Origin: Picochlorum sp. SENEW3
Taxonomy: Eukaryota
Assembly (NCBI GenBank): GCA_034226945.1
Contig: CP120457.1
Location: 434,001 to 498,000 of the forward strand
Direction: 5' to 3'
Length of the DNA: 64,000 nt
Part shown: positions 1 to 11,936 of the stretch, piece by piece
Layout of the letters: every line of letters starts with the position of its first letter
How positions within the stretch are numbered: the stretch's first letter is position 1
The notes under the pieces: model-generated
Told to the model about the DNA's origin: nothing
The model's input: only the letters and a program-made list of their open reading frames with translations
Database searches by the model: none
Translations under genes and position numbers: made by a program

Positions 1-943
1 ATGTGAGCCACATGCACAGTGAGGGGAGGAGAGATGGGTGACCTTGGGATCTCAATACATCCACCATGGCCGAGAGTTTCACTCAAATCGTATACGTACT
101 TTATTCATTTCATCATATTCTATGCATCGTTGTATCGTTGGTGGTTCAGGCGTGTGCGGCGAGACAGGCACTCACAAATGATGCCGGTCTGTCTGCCCCC
201 ACATGCTCCACTGCAGCATGATGTGCATTGTGTGTGTTGCGCGGAGAGTTTCCTTTTTAATTGTATTCTCAGATTTACTACTATACCATGACATGATATG
301 TAACGTCAGTATCCATATAGAATTGCCAAGGAGTACGAGTACAAGGAGGCCCTTTGTCGTAGAGATGCATGATGGTAATCTTGTGGCCACGGCAAGCACG
401 TGATGTTAATTCAGGAGGGCGTGGCCTGTTCCGTCCGGTCAACGTGCCGTCTTGAAAGGTTCAAGAAATTCCGGCGCTACCCTATCGCTCGATCCTCCTA
501 CAACATGAACTCTGTTCGCAACGGGATGGCATTCGTTAAAAAAGGTCCAAATATCAAGTTAATAGGAACTGTGGCTCGCAAGCAAGCTACCGTTGCAGAC
601 AAGAGTTGCTGACGGGTTGTACGACACAGATTGTGAGTCCCGAGTCTCGCGAGTTGTGCGTACTGAATACAGCGGGGTTTAGTTTTTTCGAGTGTAATAA
701 GCAGAGTAAGTATAGTTATGTGTGTGACGCGTGCGTTTTGTTGTGGGCCAGGCGTTACCTGGCCTTCCCCCTCTCGCCCGGATATGGACGAGGTTAAAGG
801 TCCTCCTGACACGGCAACTGGATTCATTTTGGTACCAGAGTTGTCGTAGGGCGCGTATTGTATGTATGCATCCTCTGACCAATATTGTATGTTTACATGC
901 AGAAGAGAACGTACAAAGTTGAAACGTGATACAGAGAAGAAGA

Positions 944-2008
944 ATGACCTCTCCAGACATGATGCACATGAAGCACGAGGAGGCATACCTCGTTGATCCT
1001 ACTCCTCCTTCCTCTGATGCTGCGGTTGTACGCGCTGATGATCGCAGAGAGGATGAAAACGTGGACAGCGAAGATGACACTACAGAAAGGGATAGCGAGG
1101 ATAACAATATGCAAAAGGATAGTAAGGATCCTGCACCTGTTGATGGTGTATCAGGCACCATTATACTACCAATGCAGGGGTCTGAGTTTCGTAGGAATGA
1201 CAAAGGAGACGTGCTATGCCATGTAGAGGGTTGTGAAACAGTCATGTCTGACGAGACGGCGTATTTCAGACGGTACAAAATCTGCCGAAAGCATCTCAAG
1301 TCAAACTATTTGATTGTGGCTGGAATACAGCAGCGCTTTTGCCAGCAATGTGGCAAATTTCATGAAGTGGAAAAGTTTGATGGGACAAAGAGAAACTGCA
1401 GAGCGACGTTGGTGAGGCATAACAGACGGAGAAAAAAGACGAGCAGAGCAAAGAGGAAGAAATCTGCGAGTGAGGATGAGGACTCTGGCACGAAACAGCC
1501 AAACGTAACATGGGAGCATCCTGGTATGGGTGCCATGCTCAATTCCTCTCCTGTGAATGTGGATATCCTGAAAGCCTATTATGGTGTGCCCAATCCGAAC
1601 GATGCCTTCCCACCAGAACTCGTGAACACGATTGCTGAATTGGAGCGATTGATTGGGCGAGAGGTGATTCATCACTGTTTGCAGTCATCACAGCCACCTC
1701 AAATGTGGCAACAGAATGGATATGCCACCAATAATATTTTCCAAGGGAACGGTATGCATAGGTATTCACCTGCGCCAGTGCATCAGTCTCCGCCCATGAT
1801 GAATGTCTTCCAACAGTATGGAATACCAAGGTCAGCCCCTCAGCACCCATATACATCTGGAGGAATGCCCATGCCCCCACCATCCGCGAGAAAACAAGTG
1901 CCCAAGGGAGCTTCTGATTCGATGATGGACCAAACCGCGAGTGATATTCTGATGCGGATGAAGAATTCTATGCCCCCAAAGTCTCAGTACATGAGAATGC
2001 CCATGTAA
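944..2008 (+). CDS. SBP (SQUAMOSA promoter-binding) domain transcription factor
   Basis: SBP signature CHVEGC...YFRRYKICRKH...QRFCQQCGKFH...FDGTKRNCR...HNRRRKK. First ATG at 944. TGTAA overlaps the stop. Confidence 0.93.
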   Translation: MTSPDMMHMKHEEAYLVDPTPPSSDAAVVRADDRREDENVDSEDDTTERDSEDNNMQKDSKDPAPVDGVSGTIILPMQGSEFRRNDKGDVLCHVEGCETVMSDETAYFRRYKICRKHLKSNYLIVAGIQQRFCQQCGKFHEVEKFDGTKRNCRATLVRHNRRRKKTSRAKRKKSASEDEDSGTKQPNVTWEHPGMGAMLNSSPVNVDILKAYYGVPNPNDAFPPELVNTIAELERLIGREVIHHCLQSSQPPQMWQQNGYATNNIFQGNGMHRYSPAPVHQSPPMMNVFQQYGIPRSAPQHPYTSGGMPMPPPSARKQVPKGASDSMMDQTASDILMRMKNSMPPKSQYMRMPM

Positions 2009-2091
2009 TCTGTCGCCCATCTTCCTTCCTTGTCTTACTTTCGCATTTATATTGATATATATGAACAGTATTTGTAAATAGTCGAGCACAT

Positions 2092-2842
2092 ATGGCGACG
2101 AAGAGGTACGAGGGGGTTATTCTGTAATGTCAAACGTCCATTGACACCAATTCACAGTCATCGCCGATGCTGCAGTATATTGACAAGACGTAATGTAGAA
2201 TTTGCCTTTCATGTTGCCGCATTAGTTTTATATTCACGTGTATGGCATTGGCATACCACACCAGCTGCAATTGTTCTCCCTGGTGCAACAGGTTTTGGCT
2301 GGTTTTTTAGATATTTAACCTTCTGGTCCTACACATTGCAATTGATACAGTTTTTACTGTCTGTATTATGCCGTATTCTTCCATCTTCAAAGGCACGATA
2401 TGCCACAGCGATTGCTGCTGATAGACTTGCGTGTGCAGTCTTTGGACTGGCCAACACCATATCAGCCATGTTTTACGCAATAGAGTATACAGGGAAAGGG
2501 CTACTGGATGCTGATCACGAAGGCAAGCCATGGTGGTTGGCAGAGACGGTGCATTTGTTGAACAGTATCATTGCTTGGGTGGATCTCTTTCTTGTTGAAG
2601 AGAGGACTTTTCATGGAAACTCGAGGCACCTGGTTGTCTTCTTGGTGATATCATACTGCAGTTGGGCACTCGTGGTCAAGCATATCTATGGAAAGTTTCC
2701 GTATCCTATATTGAACAAGTTACCATTCCCGTGGGGTTTTATTGCGTTTGTTCTGACAGGAACAGCAATTTTATTAGCAATTTTTGAGATGGGCAAGTTT
2801 GTCAAGCGCAAATGCTCAAAAACCAAAGAAAAGACGCAGTAA
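2092..2842 (+). CDS. FAR-17a/AIG1-like multi-pass membrane protein
   Basis: FRYLTFW, H..NS and FPYP motifs plus about 6 hydrophobic helices. Exon 1 is 2092-2105, and a GT-AG intron at 2106-2157 joins it in frame. Confidence 0.8.
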
Positions 2843-2882
2843 TACAACAATTTTCATCGTGTACTATATGCAATAATGATTA

Positions 2883-3815
2883 TTATTCAAGTTCACCACG
2901 AATAGTATTGCACTGCAATCTGCCCATGGGTTCTCTGAGGCAGTTGTCAATGGCTGCCACAGCATTCACAATTGCTACATCTTCTCCATTATCTGTCCAA
3001 TAAAACTTGTTTCCGAAACGTCCCGAGAGCTTACTCCAAAAGGACTGCATGAATATGTATATACATGTGAGAGATGGATGGATGATACTATAACACAGGG
3101 CAGACATACCCGTGGGACACGGAAATCAACATTTGTTCCCACATTAAAGTTGAGAATATTCCCAGTATTCGGATCCGCACTGCATTCGCATCACACTTTT
3201 TTATCACAAAAAGGAAAAAACATCACTTCTCACTTCTCACGACACAAACACACGTACACAAACACAACAGTATCATCATCCACACCCCAGTACTCTTTGA
3301 TGGCAAGACCTGGCGTGTCTGGATAATTCTGTGCAAGGACTCGAAGCTTCACCCCCGTATCCTTTTCCAGATTCTCTACTCGTGTCTTAATACGGGCTTC
3401 TTCTCCCTCCGTCAGGAAACCAGCAACATCAATCACGGGAGTCACAGGACCAGGTGGCAGCAACTCTGGCTTATTCACCCCTTCCATCCGAGCATGCGAC
3501 ACACCTGCATTGTGTGTGATGACATTACACAGCATCGATCAATGCAGTCATGAACGGTGAAGAAAAGAAAAACAAACCTCCAGACAAAAGCAAGACCCCA
3601 ACTAAAGACACATGTCCAACAGCTGCCCCAATCTTTCTCGCCAATACTCCTCCATCAACCATCAATGCAGTGGCCTTTCTCGGTTCAGCATGTACCACTT
3701 GAGATGCTCTTGGAGACCGTTCAATGTGCAATGGCAGTACTTTCGTAAAACCATTGGCTCGGAGACCACCAACATCCTGTCGATGACACTTCATCACACG
3801 AGCATTCCCCAACAT
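2883..3815 (-). CDS. TPM-domain thylakoid lumenal ~15 kDa protein (multi-exon)
   Basis: ARMEGVNKPELLP...VIDVAGFL...LRVLAQNYPDTPGLAIKEYW...FWSKLSGRFGNKFYW...AIDNCLREP. Transit-peptide-like first exon. Confidence 0.85.
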
Positions 3816-3904
3816 TATACTCTACACAGATATTCGATAGGAGAAAATGCACCAGTAACGCAATCTATACACCCATCGAGATGATACCCAAGCCAGTGTC
3901 CTAC

Positions 3905-3950
3905 TTAAAACATTAAAAACCATCGGCCGATTAATTAAAACATTAAAAAC
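3905..3950. repeat. 16-bp direct repeat TTAAAACATTAAAAAC x2 in a divergent promoter
   Basis: Copies at 3905-3920 and 3935-3950. Confidence 0.8.
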
Positions 3951-4024
3951 ATCAACAAGTAACGCATTCATATCCCTGGAAACGCCACACGCAGACTGGT
4001 AATTAATATTTTATCTAGTATAAA

Positions 4025-4718
4025 ATGGCAGAAGAAAACGTTCTATCAGCCCCAGAAGGCGAGCAGGTCCCCACTGGAGAACAAGGGGGAGTCAATGAAA
4101 CCGTGCGTCGCCTTTGCTTACTGACCTAACACACGAACACATACATATATTTCTAATTCCTTGTCATAATTTACATTGCAGGAAGAGGAGCTTGCAAGAC
4201 TCAAGGCTGAACTCGCAGACATGGAGGCAGATGCTGGTGGCAATGCCACAAACACCAAAGAAGGAGATACCGCCACCGAAGCTGGTCCAGGGAAGGATGA
4301 CTTGGATAGCAGATCAGTCTATGTGGGTAATGTAGACTACTCATGCACCCCCGAAGAATTACAAGCTCATTTCCAAGAGTGTGGCACTGTGAACCGTGTC
4401 ACAATATTGACAGACAAGTTTGGCAATCCAAAAGGCTATGCATACGTGGAATTCCTTGAGGCAGATGCTGTGGAAGCTGCATGTTTGTTAGAGGATTCAG
4501 AGCTGAAGGGAAGGAAGATCAAAGTGCAGCCAAAGAGGACAAACGTCCCAGGGATGCGACGTGGCAGAGGCCGAGGCCGAGGCCGAGGCTATATGATGCC
4601 CATGATGCCGCCTCCATACATGTGGGGTGGGTATGGGTACATGCCTCCCATGCGGGGTCGAGGTGGTCGACGGGGTGGCAGAGGCCAGTCGCGAGGAGGA
4701 GGATTCTCGCCATACTGA
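4025..4718 (+). CDS. PABN: Nuclear poly(A)-binding protein (PABN/PABPN1 type)
   Basis: [12 protein letters not shown]...[20 protein letters not shown]...KRTNVPG, RGG tail, FSPY end. Intron 4103-4181. Confidence 0.93.
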
Positions 4719-5300
4719 TTGTTGTGTTGAGTACATGAACATGTCCATGTGAAAGAAAACTAACTCACTGTATAAAAAAAGGTTTTTATACCGTTTGAAC
4801 ATTGAGTGTGTCCATAACTTGTTGTATACCATGAATCAATCAATCAGTTCCCGCTGCTTGCAATGAATAATACTTGCATGCTCCAGCCAGCTGGAGGATC
4901 CGACCGATGGGTGCATGGGAACCATCTCGTATACCGGGTTCCACCCACCATATCCGACACGCACGGCCACTCAGACTACACACCTAATTTTTATTATTAC
5001 ATTCAATACGAACAAGGTATGTATTTTAGAAGCATCAGACACGGATATTCCACATCTCCGCCGTTTTACTTGACACTCGCACATCTACCCCACAAGGAAC
5101 GATGTGCAGCATATATCCCATTGAAAATATATGATATATTTTTCATATATGAGTGGGGTGCTTTTCTAATGGGTTTGATCGGGTCAACCGAGGCAATCTA
5201 TGTCTCATGCGTTGTCGTCTCGTGTCGACCATGCCGAATCTAACACGACACTCTATACACTGCAGGATACGGTACCAATAATATTCATACCTCTTTGTGA

Positions 5301-5762
5301 ATGATGGAAGAGGCAAAATCGACAGGATCAGTGAAATGGTTCAACGTCACCAAGGGGTATGGATTCATTACTCCAGACTCTGGAGGTGAAGACTTGTTCG
5401 TTCATCAGTCGGCTATTCAGTGCGACGGGTTCAGATCCTTACGCGAGGGAGAGCCAGTTGAGTTCACTGTAGAGACGTCTGAAGACGGACGTGCCAAGGC
5501 GGTGCAGGTTACAGGACCAAATGGAGCTCAGCCAGAGGGTGCTCCACGCCGCAGGGTTCAGCACAATAATGGATACGGTGGTGGATACGGCTTTGGTGGA
5601 TTCGGCGGTAACGGTGGTGGATATGGAGGAGGTTCCTTTGGTGGAGGGCGTGGTGGTGCCTATCCTCCAGCCGGAGGATATGGTGGTCCCCCACCAGGGC
5701 ACGAGGGAGGATTCCCACCTCCACAGGCGGGGCCACCAGGAGGATATGGAGCTGGTTACTAA
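5301..5762 (+). CDS. Cold-shock domain glycine-rich protein
   Basis: [18 protein letters not shown]...DLFVHQS...GFRSL...VTGP followed by a Gly-rich tail. Confidence 0.95.
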   Translation: MMEEAKSTGSVKWFNVTKGYGFITPDSGGEDLFVHQSAIQCDGFRSLREGEPVEFTVETSEDGRAKAVQVTGPNGAQPEGAPRRRVQHNNGYGGGYGFGGFGGNGGGYGGGSFGGGRGGAYPPAGGYGGPPPGHEGGFPPPQAGPPGGYGAGY

Positions 5763-6024
5763 CGCCCGAGTCGAGCATGTGATTTGATGATGCCATACTA
5801 TAGGCGTGACAAAGAGACGAAGAAGAAGATGTAGATCCATTATGCACGTATTTCAGTCGAATAAACGAATGCTCAAGTGTTGTTATCACATACAATGTGC
5901 GAGTGAGAGAAATACACCTTTTTTGTGTTGTGTCTTTTCCGAATACTTACTGAGAACTTTTTGTTCGTCTTTTGTGTAATATTTCAAATCCGACGATCTT
6001 GGTTTTTTTTTAAATTATAGTAGT

Positions 6025-6938
6025 ATGGCAAAAACGGTATTCATAACCGGTGCAACTGACGGCATTGGTCGCCACACAGCTCTCTGCTTGGCTGACAAGG
6101 GGATGAATGTCATTCTTCACGGAAGGTATCGCTCTATGACTGTTTGCTGGTTCTTTCATTCAATACGACTACGAATGACATTATGTAATAATAATAATGC
6201 AGGAATATGGAGAAATTGGAGCGCACACGGCAGTCCTGTATGGACCACAACGCTGGACGGGTTGACCTTGTCCAGGCTGATTTTGCATCTCTGGACCAGG
6301 TGACATCCATGTGTCATACTGTGGTGGATATACTTGAGAGGAACAACAACACGCCTTCCTTGGATATACTTATTAATAATGCCGGTGTGTATACGGATAC
6401 GTTTACGAGAACCATGGATGGGTTTGAATTGACCCATCAAACAAACGTTCTGGTACCTCATATTGTCACCTGCCTCTTGGCCAAGCAGATGTCACGGCAT
6501 GGGCGAATCATCAATGTTGCGAGTCTATCCGCATCATCTCAAATAGATCTGGCTGCCCTGAGGGATGTGACGGAGAGTACCTTTCGAGGACACAAGGCAT
6601 ATGGGGATTCAAAGCTGTGCAACATTATGCAGACGATTGAGCAGGCACGGGTGATTCCTCAAGAGGCTGCAACAGTGAATTGTCTCGACCCTGGAACCGT
6701 GAATACCAAGATGCTTCTTCAGGGCTGGGGACCTATCGGTATCGAAGTGTCTGATGCCAATAATGAGGTGTACCTGGCAACACACGAGGATGTTGCATCC
6801 AGTCATGGAGAGTATTTTGTGAGTTGTAGGCCAACTACTCCACCCCGACCGGCATTGGATGAGAGTATCAGGCGTGATATGATGCATATGATTGAAGAAC
6901 AGACTGGCATTGCACTTGCATATCATGATGATGCCTGA
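6025..6938 (+). CDS. Short-chain dehydrogenase/reductase (retinol-DH-like)
   Basis: TGATDGIG, NNAG and YGDSK motifs. Intron 6126-6202. Confidence 0.9.
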
Positions 6939-7329
6939 TTTTTTTTCATGAAGATATTGAAGAGGAGATGTAGCGGGCCACGCCGATGTTGGTAAATATA
7001 CGTTGGTGTGCGTGCCATCCACCCATTAATTATCATGTTTATTTTATTTTATGTTCAATATAGATGCTGCATAGAGCATTGATTCGGCAGGAGTAGTAGT
7101 AGTAGGCCGGTGTTCATTTCCCAGCGACTGACTCGTTGCAATACGTGCTTGTTATTATTCTTACTCAACAGAGCATTGCATGTATAGATAATTAGAGAGA
7201 GAGAAGAACACACAAAAGAAGTGTTTTTTTTAATTCTGTAGCCATATACGATCGCTGCGGCGGTCTAAAAAAGAAAGAAGAGAAGAGAAGAGTCCTGACC
7301 AAAACCTAGCGGTAACCAAGAGAGAAGCC

Positions 7330-7590
7330 ATGAGGAAGGAACTGCACCCACTTATGCGTCGCATGACAGTGGTCATGCGGAATGGGGCATCATTCAATGT
7401 ACAGACAGTGATGCGTACATCAGCTCCATATGCTCTCCAGGTTGATACAACCATGCATCCAGCGTGGACAGGGGAGACTGAAGGGATCAGTTTGGAAGAC
7501 GAAAGGATCATGAGACTGATGAAAAAGTTCCAGGGGATGCAGGGATTTGGAATGGATTCGAATCCCGCTGATACTCCATCTGAAAAATAA
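7330..7590 (+). CDS. Organellar (probably mitochondrial) ribosomal protein bL31
   Basis: MRKELHP...V.M.NGASF...L.VD...HPAWTG bL31 pattern. Confidence 0.8.
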   Translation: MRKELHPLMRRMTVVMRNGASFNVQTVMRTSAPYALQVDTTMHPAWTGETEGISLEDERIMRLMKKFQGMQGFGMDSNPADTPSEK

Positions 7591-7621
7591 TTTATAATTC
7601 TTCTTTTAAAGGAAGAAGACC

Positions 7622-8957
7622 ATGTGGGATCGACTAAAAACCTATGTAAACGACGTCCTTCCAGCCTATCAGGAACGACTGTCGCAACGCGTATCAAGTT
7701 GGCGGTCAGGGGATGATTCTTTTCTTGAAGAGATTGAAATAGGATCAAGAAATGTGCGGATATTGAATAAGATTGCGGAAGGGGGGTATTCGTGCGTATA
7801 TTTGGCAGAGGAGGTGGTTGGTGAGGGGACTTCGTGTGGGGGTCCACGGTATGCGCTCAAGAGGATTGCGTGTGGGGGGAGAGAGCAATTGGCTGAGGCG
7901 AACAAGGAGATTGATGTGATGCAGTCGTTGGAGCATCCTAATATACTGGTGTTGAAGGGGCATGCTGTGGTTGCAGCAAAGGCTGGTCCAGCGACAGAGA
8001 TTGTGTACATGTTGTTTGATGTCTATGTGCGTGTTTGATTCTCTTGCTTTTCAATGTTTGCATCGCTTGATAATAATATCCATAATATCACATATATATA
8101 ACAATACTGTATAGGATGGGAATATGTGGGATATTGTACAGAAGAGGATGGAGGCAGGGAGGCCACTGCGGCAAGAAGAGGTTATGCATATTTTTGGTGG
8201 ATTGTGTCGAGCTTTACAGGCAATGCATGGGAGATATAGTCATAGGGATGTCAAGCCACATAATATCATGTTGCGACGGAAGCGTGGTGATTGGGATGAT
8301 GTGTCTGATGCGGATGTGGTGTTGATGGATTTTGGGAGTGTGCAGGCTGCAGAGCAGCGTGTTGATTCACGTCGTGATGCATTAAAGGTGCAAGAGGATG
8401 CCGAGGTATGTTTTCTTTTTCCATGATTTCGGATGAACATATTGATAGGTGTGAGTGCGTGAAATATACGCGTGTTTGGTGTGTAGAGGTATACGACGGC
8501 ACCATATAGAGCTCCAGAGTTGTGGGAGGTGCCATCGAATTCTGTGATTGATTGCAAGGTGGATGTATGGGCAGCTGGATGTGTCTTGTATTATCTTCTT
8601 GTAGGAGAAACACCATTCGAAAGAATAGCGAATGAGGCTGGAGGCAGTTTAATGTTGGCTGTGTTAAAGTATGTGTCTCTTTACATGGTACTCTCTGCTC
8701 ACTCAGACATGGTATTTGCACTCTTGCTCATAATAACAAAATATATTATATGTGTATGCAGTGGATCGTACTCGTGGCCAACGAGGAGAGGAAACGAGGT
8801 GCCAGAAAAATTCAAAAATATAGTGGATGCATGTCTTCAACCACATGCAAGCAACAGGCCGTCAATTGACAGTGTCCTGTTCATGCTTGAGGGGGCGATA
8901 CAGCCCCCTCAACATGCTACTACCACCAGCAGCACACCGAATCTGATTGATCTGTGA
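7622..8957 (+). CDS. Ser/Thr kinase, STK16/NAK family (4 exons)
   Basis: IAEGGYSCVYL, ALKRI, HRDVKPHN, DFGS, YRAPEL and KVDVWAAG across consecutive ORFs separated by GT-AG introns. Confidence 0.9.
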
Positions 8958-8960
8958 TAA

Positions 8961-10328
8961 TTACACTGCTCCTTGATCCATAACGGCAGAACCAACCTTT
9001 AGGAATGCATATATGTTTGCTCCATCGGCGAGACTGACATTATAATCTTCAGCACACTTTTTAGAATGTACATACACTTCCCTCATAATCTTTTCCAACT
9101 TTTCGTACACTTCTCTTCCTTCCCAAGCCAACATGGAGCGATTTTGAGCCATCTCAAGTCCACTCACTGCGACACCTCCGGAATTGGCCATCTTGCCTGG
9201 AACAAATCCAAGCTTGTGTGCCAATGCCCTGTCCACCCCCGCAGCAGTCGTTGGCATGTTGGCTCCTTCAATGATGGCCTTGCATCCCTTCTTCACAAGA
9301 GCATCCACGTCAGCCTCATCGAGCTCATTCTGTGTTGCACAAGGGAATGCAACATCAATCCTCTCCAATTCTTTTGCTTGCCATGGCTTTTGCCTGTTAC
9401 CCAAGTAGACACATGTGTCTGACACGTAATCCTCAAGAGATCCATTGTGTGTCGACTTGATGTCGCGAACCTGTTGCAACTGTTCTTTCGTGAAACCATC
9501 CGGCTCAATCAGCGTTCCCTTGGAATCACTCATCGACACAACCTTGGCTCCACTCCACTCCAGTTTGGAGGCACAGAATCGAGCAACATTCCCACTGCCA
9601 CTCAATGCACAACGTGCCCCCTTCAATTCCACCCCAATATCAGGCAAAAACTCCCGAGCAAGAAAGACCACCCCAAATCCAGTAGCTTCCGGACGGCACC
9701 ACGATCCTCCATACGACATGCCTTTGCCAGTCAAGGCTCCCTCAAACTTGCCACCATTCAACCTCTTATACTGCCCATACATGTACCCAATCTCCTTTCC
9801 ACCCACACCGATATCTCCGGCAGGAACATCAACATCACCGGCAACATACCGGGCCAGTTCCGTCATGTAACTTTGGCAGAACCGCATAATCTCTCCATCA
9901 GATTTCCCTTTTGGATCAAAGTCAGACCCACCTTTCCCTGCCCCCAACGGCAACGTGGTCAAGGCATTCTTAAACACCTGCTCATATCCGAGCATCTTAA
10001 TGATGGAAAGATTCACGCTTCGATGGAATCTGGTACCCCCCTTGTATGGCCCAATGGCAGACGAGAACTGGACTCGATAGCCTCGGTTGACCCGCAGGTT
10101 ATTCTGGTCATCAAGCCACGGAACCCGAAAGATTATTTGTCTCTCAGGCTCACACATTTGAGAAAATATTGGGAGATATCTCTCATCTGTGTCCAATAAT
10201 GGCTGAATTGATTTCGCAACTTCATTCACAGCATTAAGATATTCTGGTTGATCAGGGTCTCTGGCGTAAATTCCCTTGAGAATCTCCTTCAATTTTTCAT
10301 TGGTAATACCGTGTAAAATAGAATCCAT
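8961..10328 (-). CDS. gdhA: NADP-specific glutamate dehydrogenase
   Basis: GPYKGG, GGSDFDPKGKSD, DVPAGDIGVG, RPEATGFG, GSGNVA, EGANMP. Intronless. Confidence 0.95.
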   Translation of the reverse strand: MDSILHGITNEKLKEILKGIYARDPDQPEYLNAVNEVAKSIQPLLDTDERYLPIFSQMCEPERQIIFRVPWLDDQNNLRVNRGYRVQFSSAIGPYKGGTRFHRSVNLSIIKMLGYEQVFKNALTTLPLGAGKGGSDFDPKGKSDGEIMRFCQSYMTELARYVAGDVDVPAGDIGVGGKEIGYMYGQYKRLNGGKFEGALTGKGMSYGGSWCRPEATGFGVVFLAREFLPDIGVELKGARCALSGSGNVARFCASKLEWSGAKVVSMSDSKGTLIEPDGFTKEQLQQVRDIKSTHNGSLEDYVSDTCVYLGNRQKPWQAKELERIDVAFPCATQNELDEADVDALVKKGCKAIIEGANMPTTAAGVDRALAHKLGFVPGKMANSGGVAVSGLEMAQNRSMLAWEGREVYEKLEKIMREVYVHSKKCAEDYNVSLADGANIYAFLKVGSAVMDQGAV

Positions 10329-10631
10329 GGTTGCAAGTATTTTGAGAAACAAATCAATAGACTACTGAGTGGGATTGGGTGTCGGAACCATGTGATGGTG
10401 GGTTTTTTTACTCAATTCCAAATGTAGGAACTTTTGTTTTTTTTGAGTCGTATTAAGGAGAATTTCTGTGTGTGTTTCGAATCTGATCAATCTTGTACTA
10501 ACTGGGGAACAAAGCACAGCGTCTTGTACACAAATATCCCTTTTATTTTTATCTCATACAACTACTACACATGTATAGATCATAGATTTGCGCGTACAGC
10601 ACACTTTGGGTGATCATCTTTTGAATGAAAT

Positions 10632-11882
10632 ATGAATCATCCACATCCTCATTCTGTTCCAGGAAGAGGAAGCCACGCTACGCATGACAAAATAGAAGAA
10701 GTAACACATCTCTCTGTCAAGGGAGGGAGTATCAAGGCTACGCTTGGGTCACATGCGACACACATGTGTCCATGTGTCCATGAGAATCGACAGGCCAGAT
10801 GGAATGACATTCCAAAAGCGACACAGGAGGACTTTAAGGGGACACGGTGGTTGAGAATGGTGAAGGCATCGTGCCATGGGGATCGTCCATTGGACACTGT
10901 GACGTTTCATTTGGACCCTGGGGCACAGACGGACAGCCTTCGGTTTGCCCTCAAGGTGATGTTTCATCAGCTACATAGGCTCAATTATCAGCCGACGTTG
11001 AACAATTTACGAAGAAAGATGACACCAGAGGATAGAAGAGACTTTGATCAGTGTCTTCATGCGTCGGACATTTCCGTACGGAAAGGCAGTGAAGCATACT
11101 TTATCAAAGAATTTCAGGTTTTGGATGTCTTCTGGTTGTCCAAACCACGGCCCGAAACTAATTATGTGGGCATTTATGTGGTGTGTGATGGGTTTATGAA
11201 CGATAAAGATCTCGATGATAATCCCGTCATTACAGATTTGTTTTCCAAATATTATGGGAATGGTCTACCGTATGTCTTTGGCGGAGATTGCTTTATTGGT
11301 AAAGCGAAATACAGAGACTATGTATTTGAGCCTGATATAGCAGAATCAAGAATGATGCCATTCACAGAGTTATTGGATTTGTCATGGGTGGATATAGATA
11401 GAGATTTTCATGAAGGAATCATGCTGCAGATGGATGCACTGAAATGGAATGCATCCCAACCCTGTCTGATTCGCTGCAATTATACGATCGAGCAGAAGCT
11501 ACAAATAGTCAAGAGAAGTCGAGTAAATTCCTACAAAACTGCAGGGAATGGATACATCAAAAAGGGAGAGTATGATAAAGCTGAGAAAGAGTACACCAAA
11601 GCTCTCTCTGAGTACCCAATGTTCTTGTCAGCAAGGAACAATAGAGCGCTGGCACATTTGAAATTAGGAAACTATGACGAGGCTGTGTGCGATGGTAGAT
11701 TAGTACTAGAGATAGATCCATTGAATGATCGAGCACTGATGCGGGTTGGTACCGGATTAAAAGCCTTGGGAGATGGCACGAGTGCTGAAAAGATGTTGAG
11801 AGATTTTCTCTCAAGTCCTGATGTGAGCGATATAGAAAAGGTTCCCGTTCGAAAGAAACTAAAAGAAATTATTGAAACATAA
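10632..11882 (+). CDS. Protein with C-terminal TPR repeats and an uncharacterised N-terminal domain
   Basis: KTAGNGYIKKGEYDKAEKEYTKAL...NNRALAHLKLGNYDEAV.D...LEIDP. Confidence 0.8.
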   Translation: MNHPHPHSVPGRGSHATHDKIEEVTHLSVKGGSIKATLGSHATHMCPCVHENRQARWNDIPKATQEDFKGTRWLRMVKASCHGDRPLDTVTFHLDPGAQTDSLRFALKVMFHQLHRLNYQPTLNNLRRKMTPEDRRDFDQCLHASDISVRKGSEAYFIKEFQVLDVFWLSKPRPETNYVGIYVVCDGFMNDKDLDDNPVITDLFSKYYGNGLPYVFGGDCFIGKAKYRDYVFEPDIAESRMMPFTELLDLSWVDIDRDFHEGIMLQMDALKWNASQPCLIRCNYTIEQKLQIVKRSRVNSYKTAGNGYIKKGEYDKAEKEYTKALSEYPMFLSARNNRALAHLKLGNYDEAVCDGRLVLEIDPLNDRALMRVGTGLKALGDGTSAEKMLRDFLSSPDVSDIEKVPVRKKLKEIIET

Positions 11883-11936
11883 TAGTAGAGTAGTGTAAAT
11901 GTAGAGGAGAAGGAGAGAATACTAGCATTACTAACA

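Noticed and set aside
9447..10199. 250-aa ORF antisense to GDH, and similar shadow ORFs elsewhere
   Set aside because: Explained by the opposite-strand conserved CDS.
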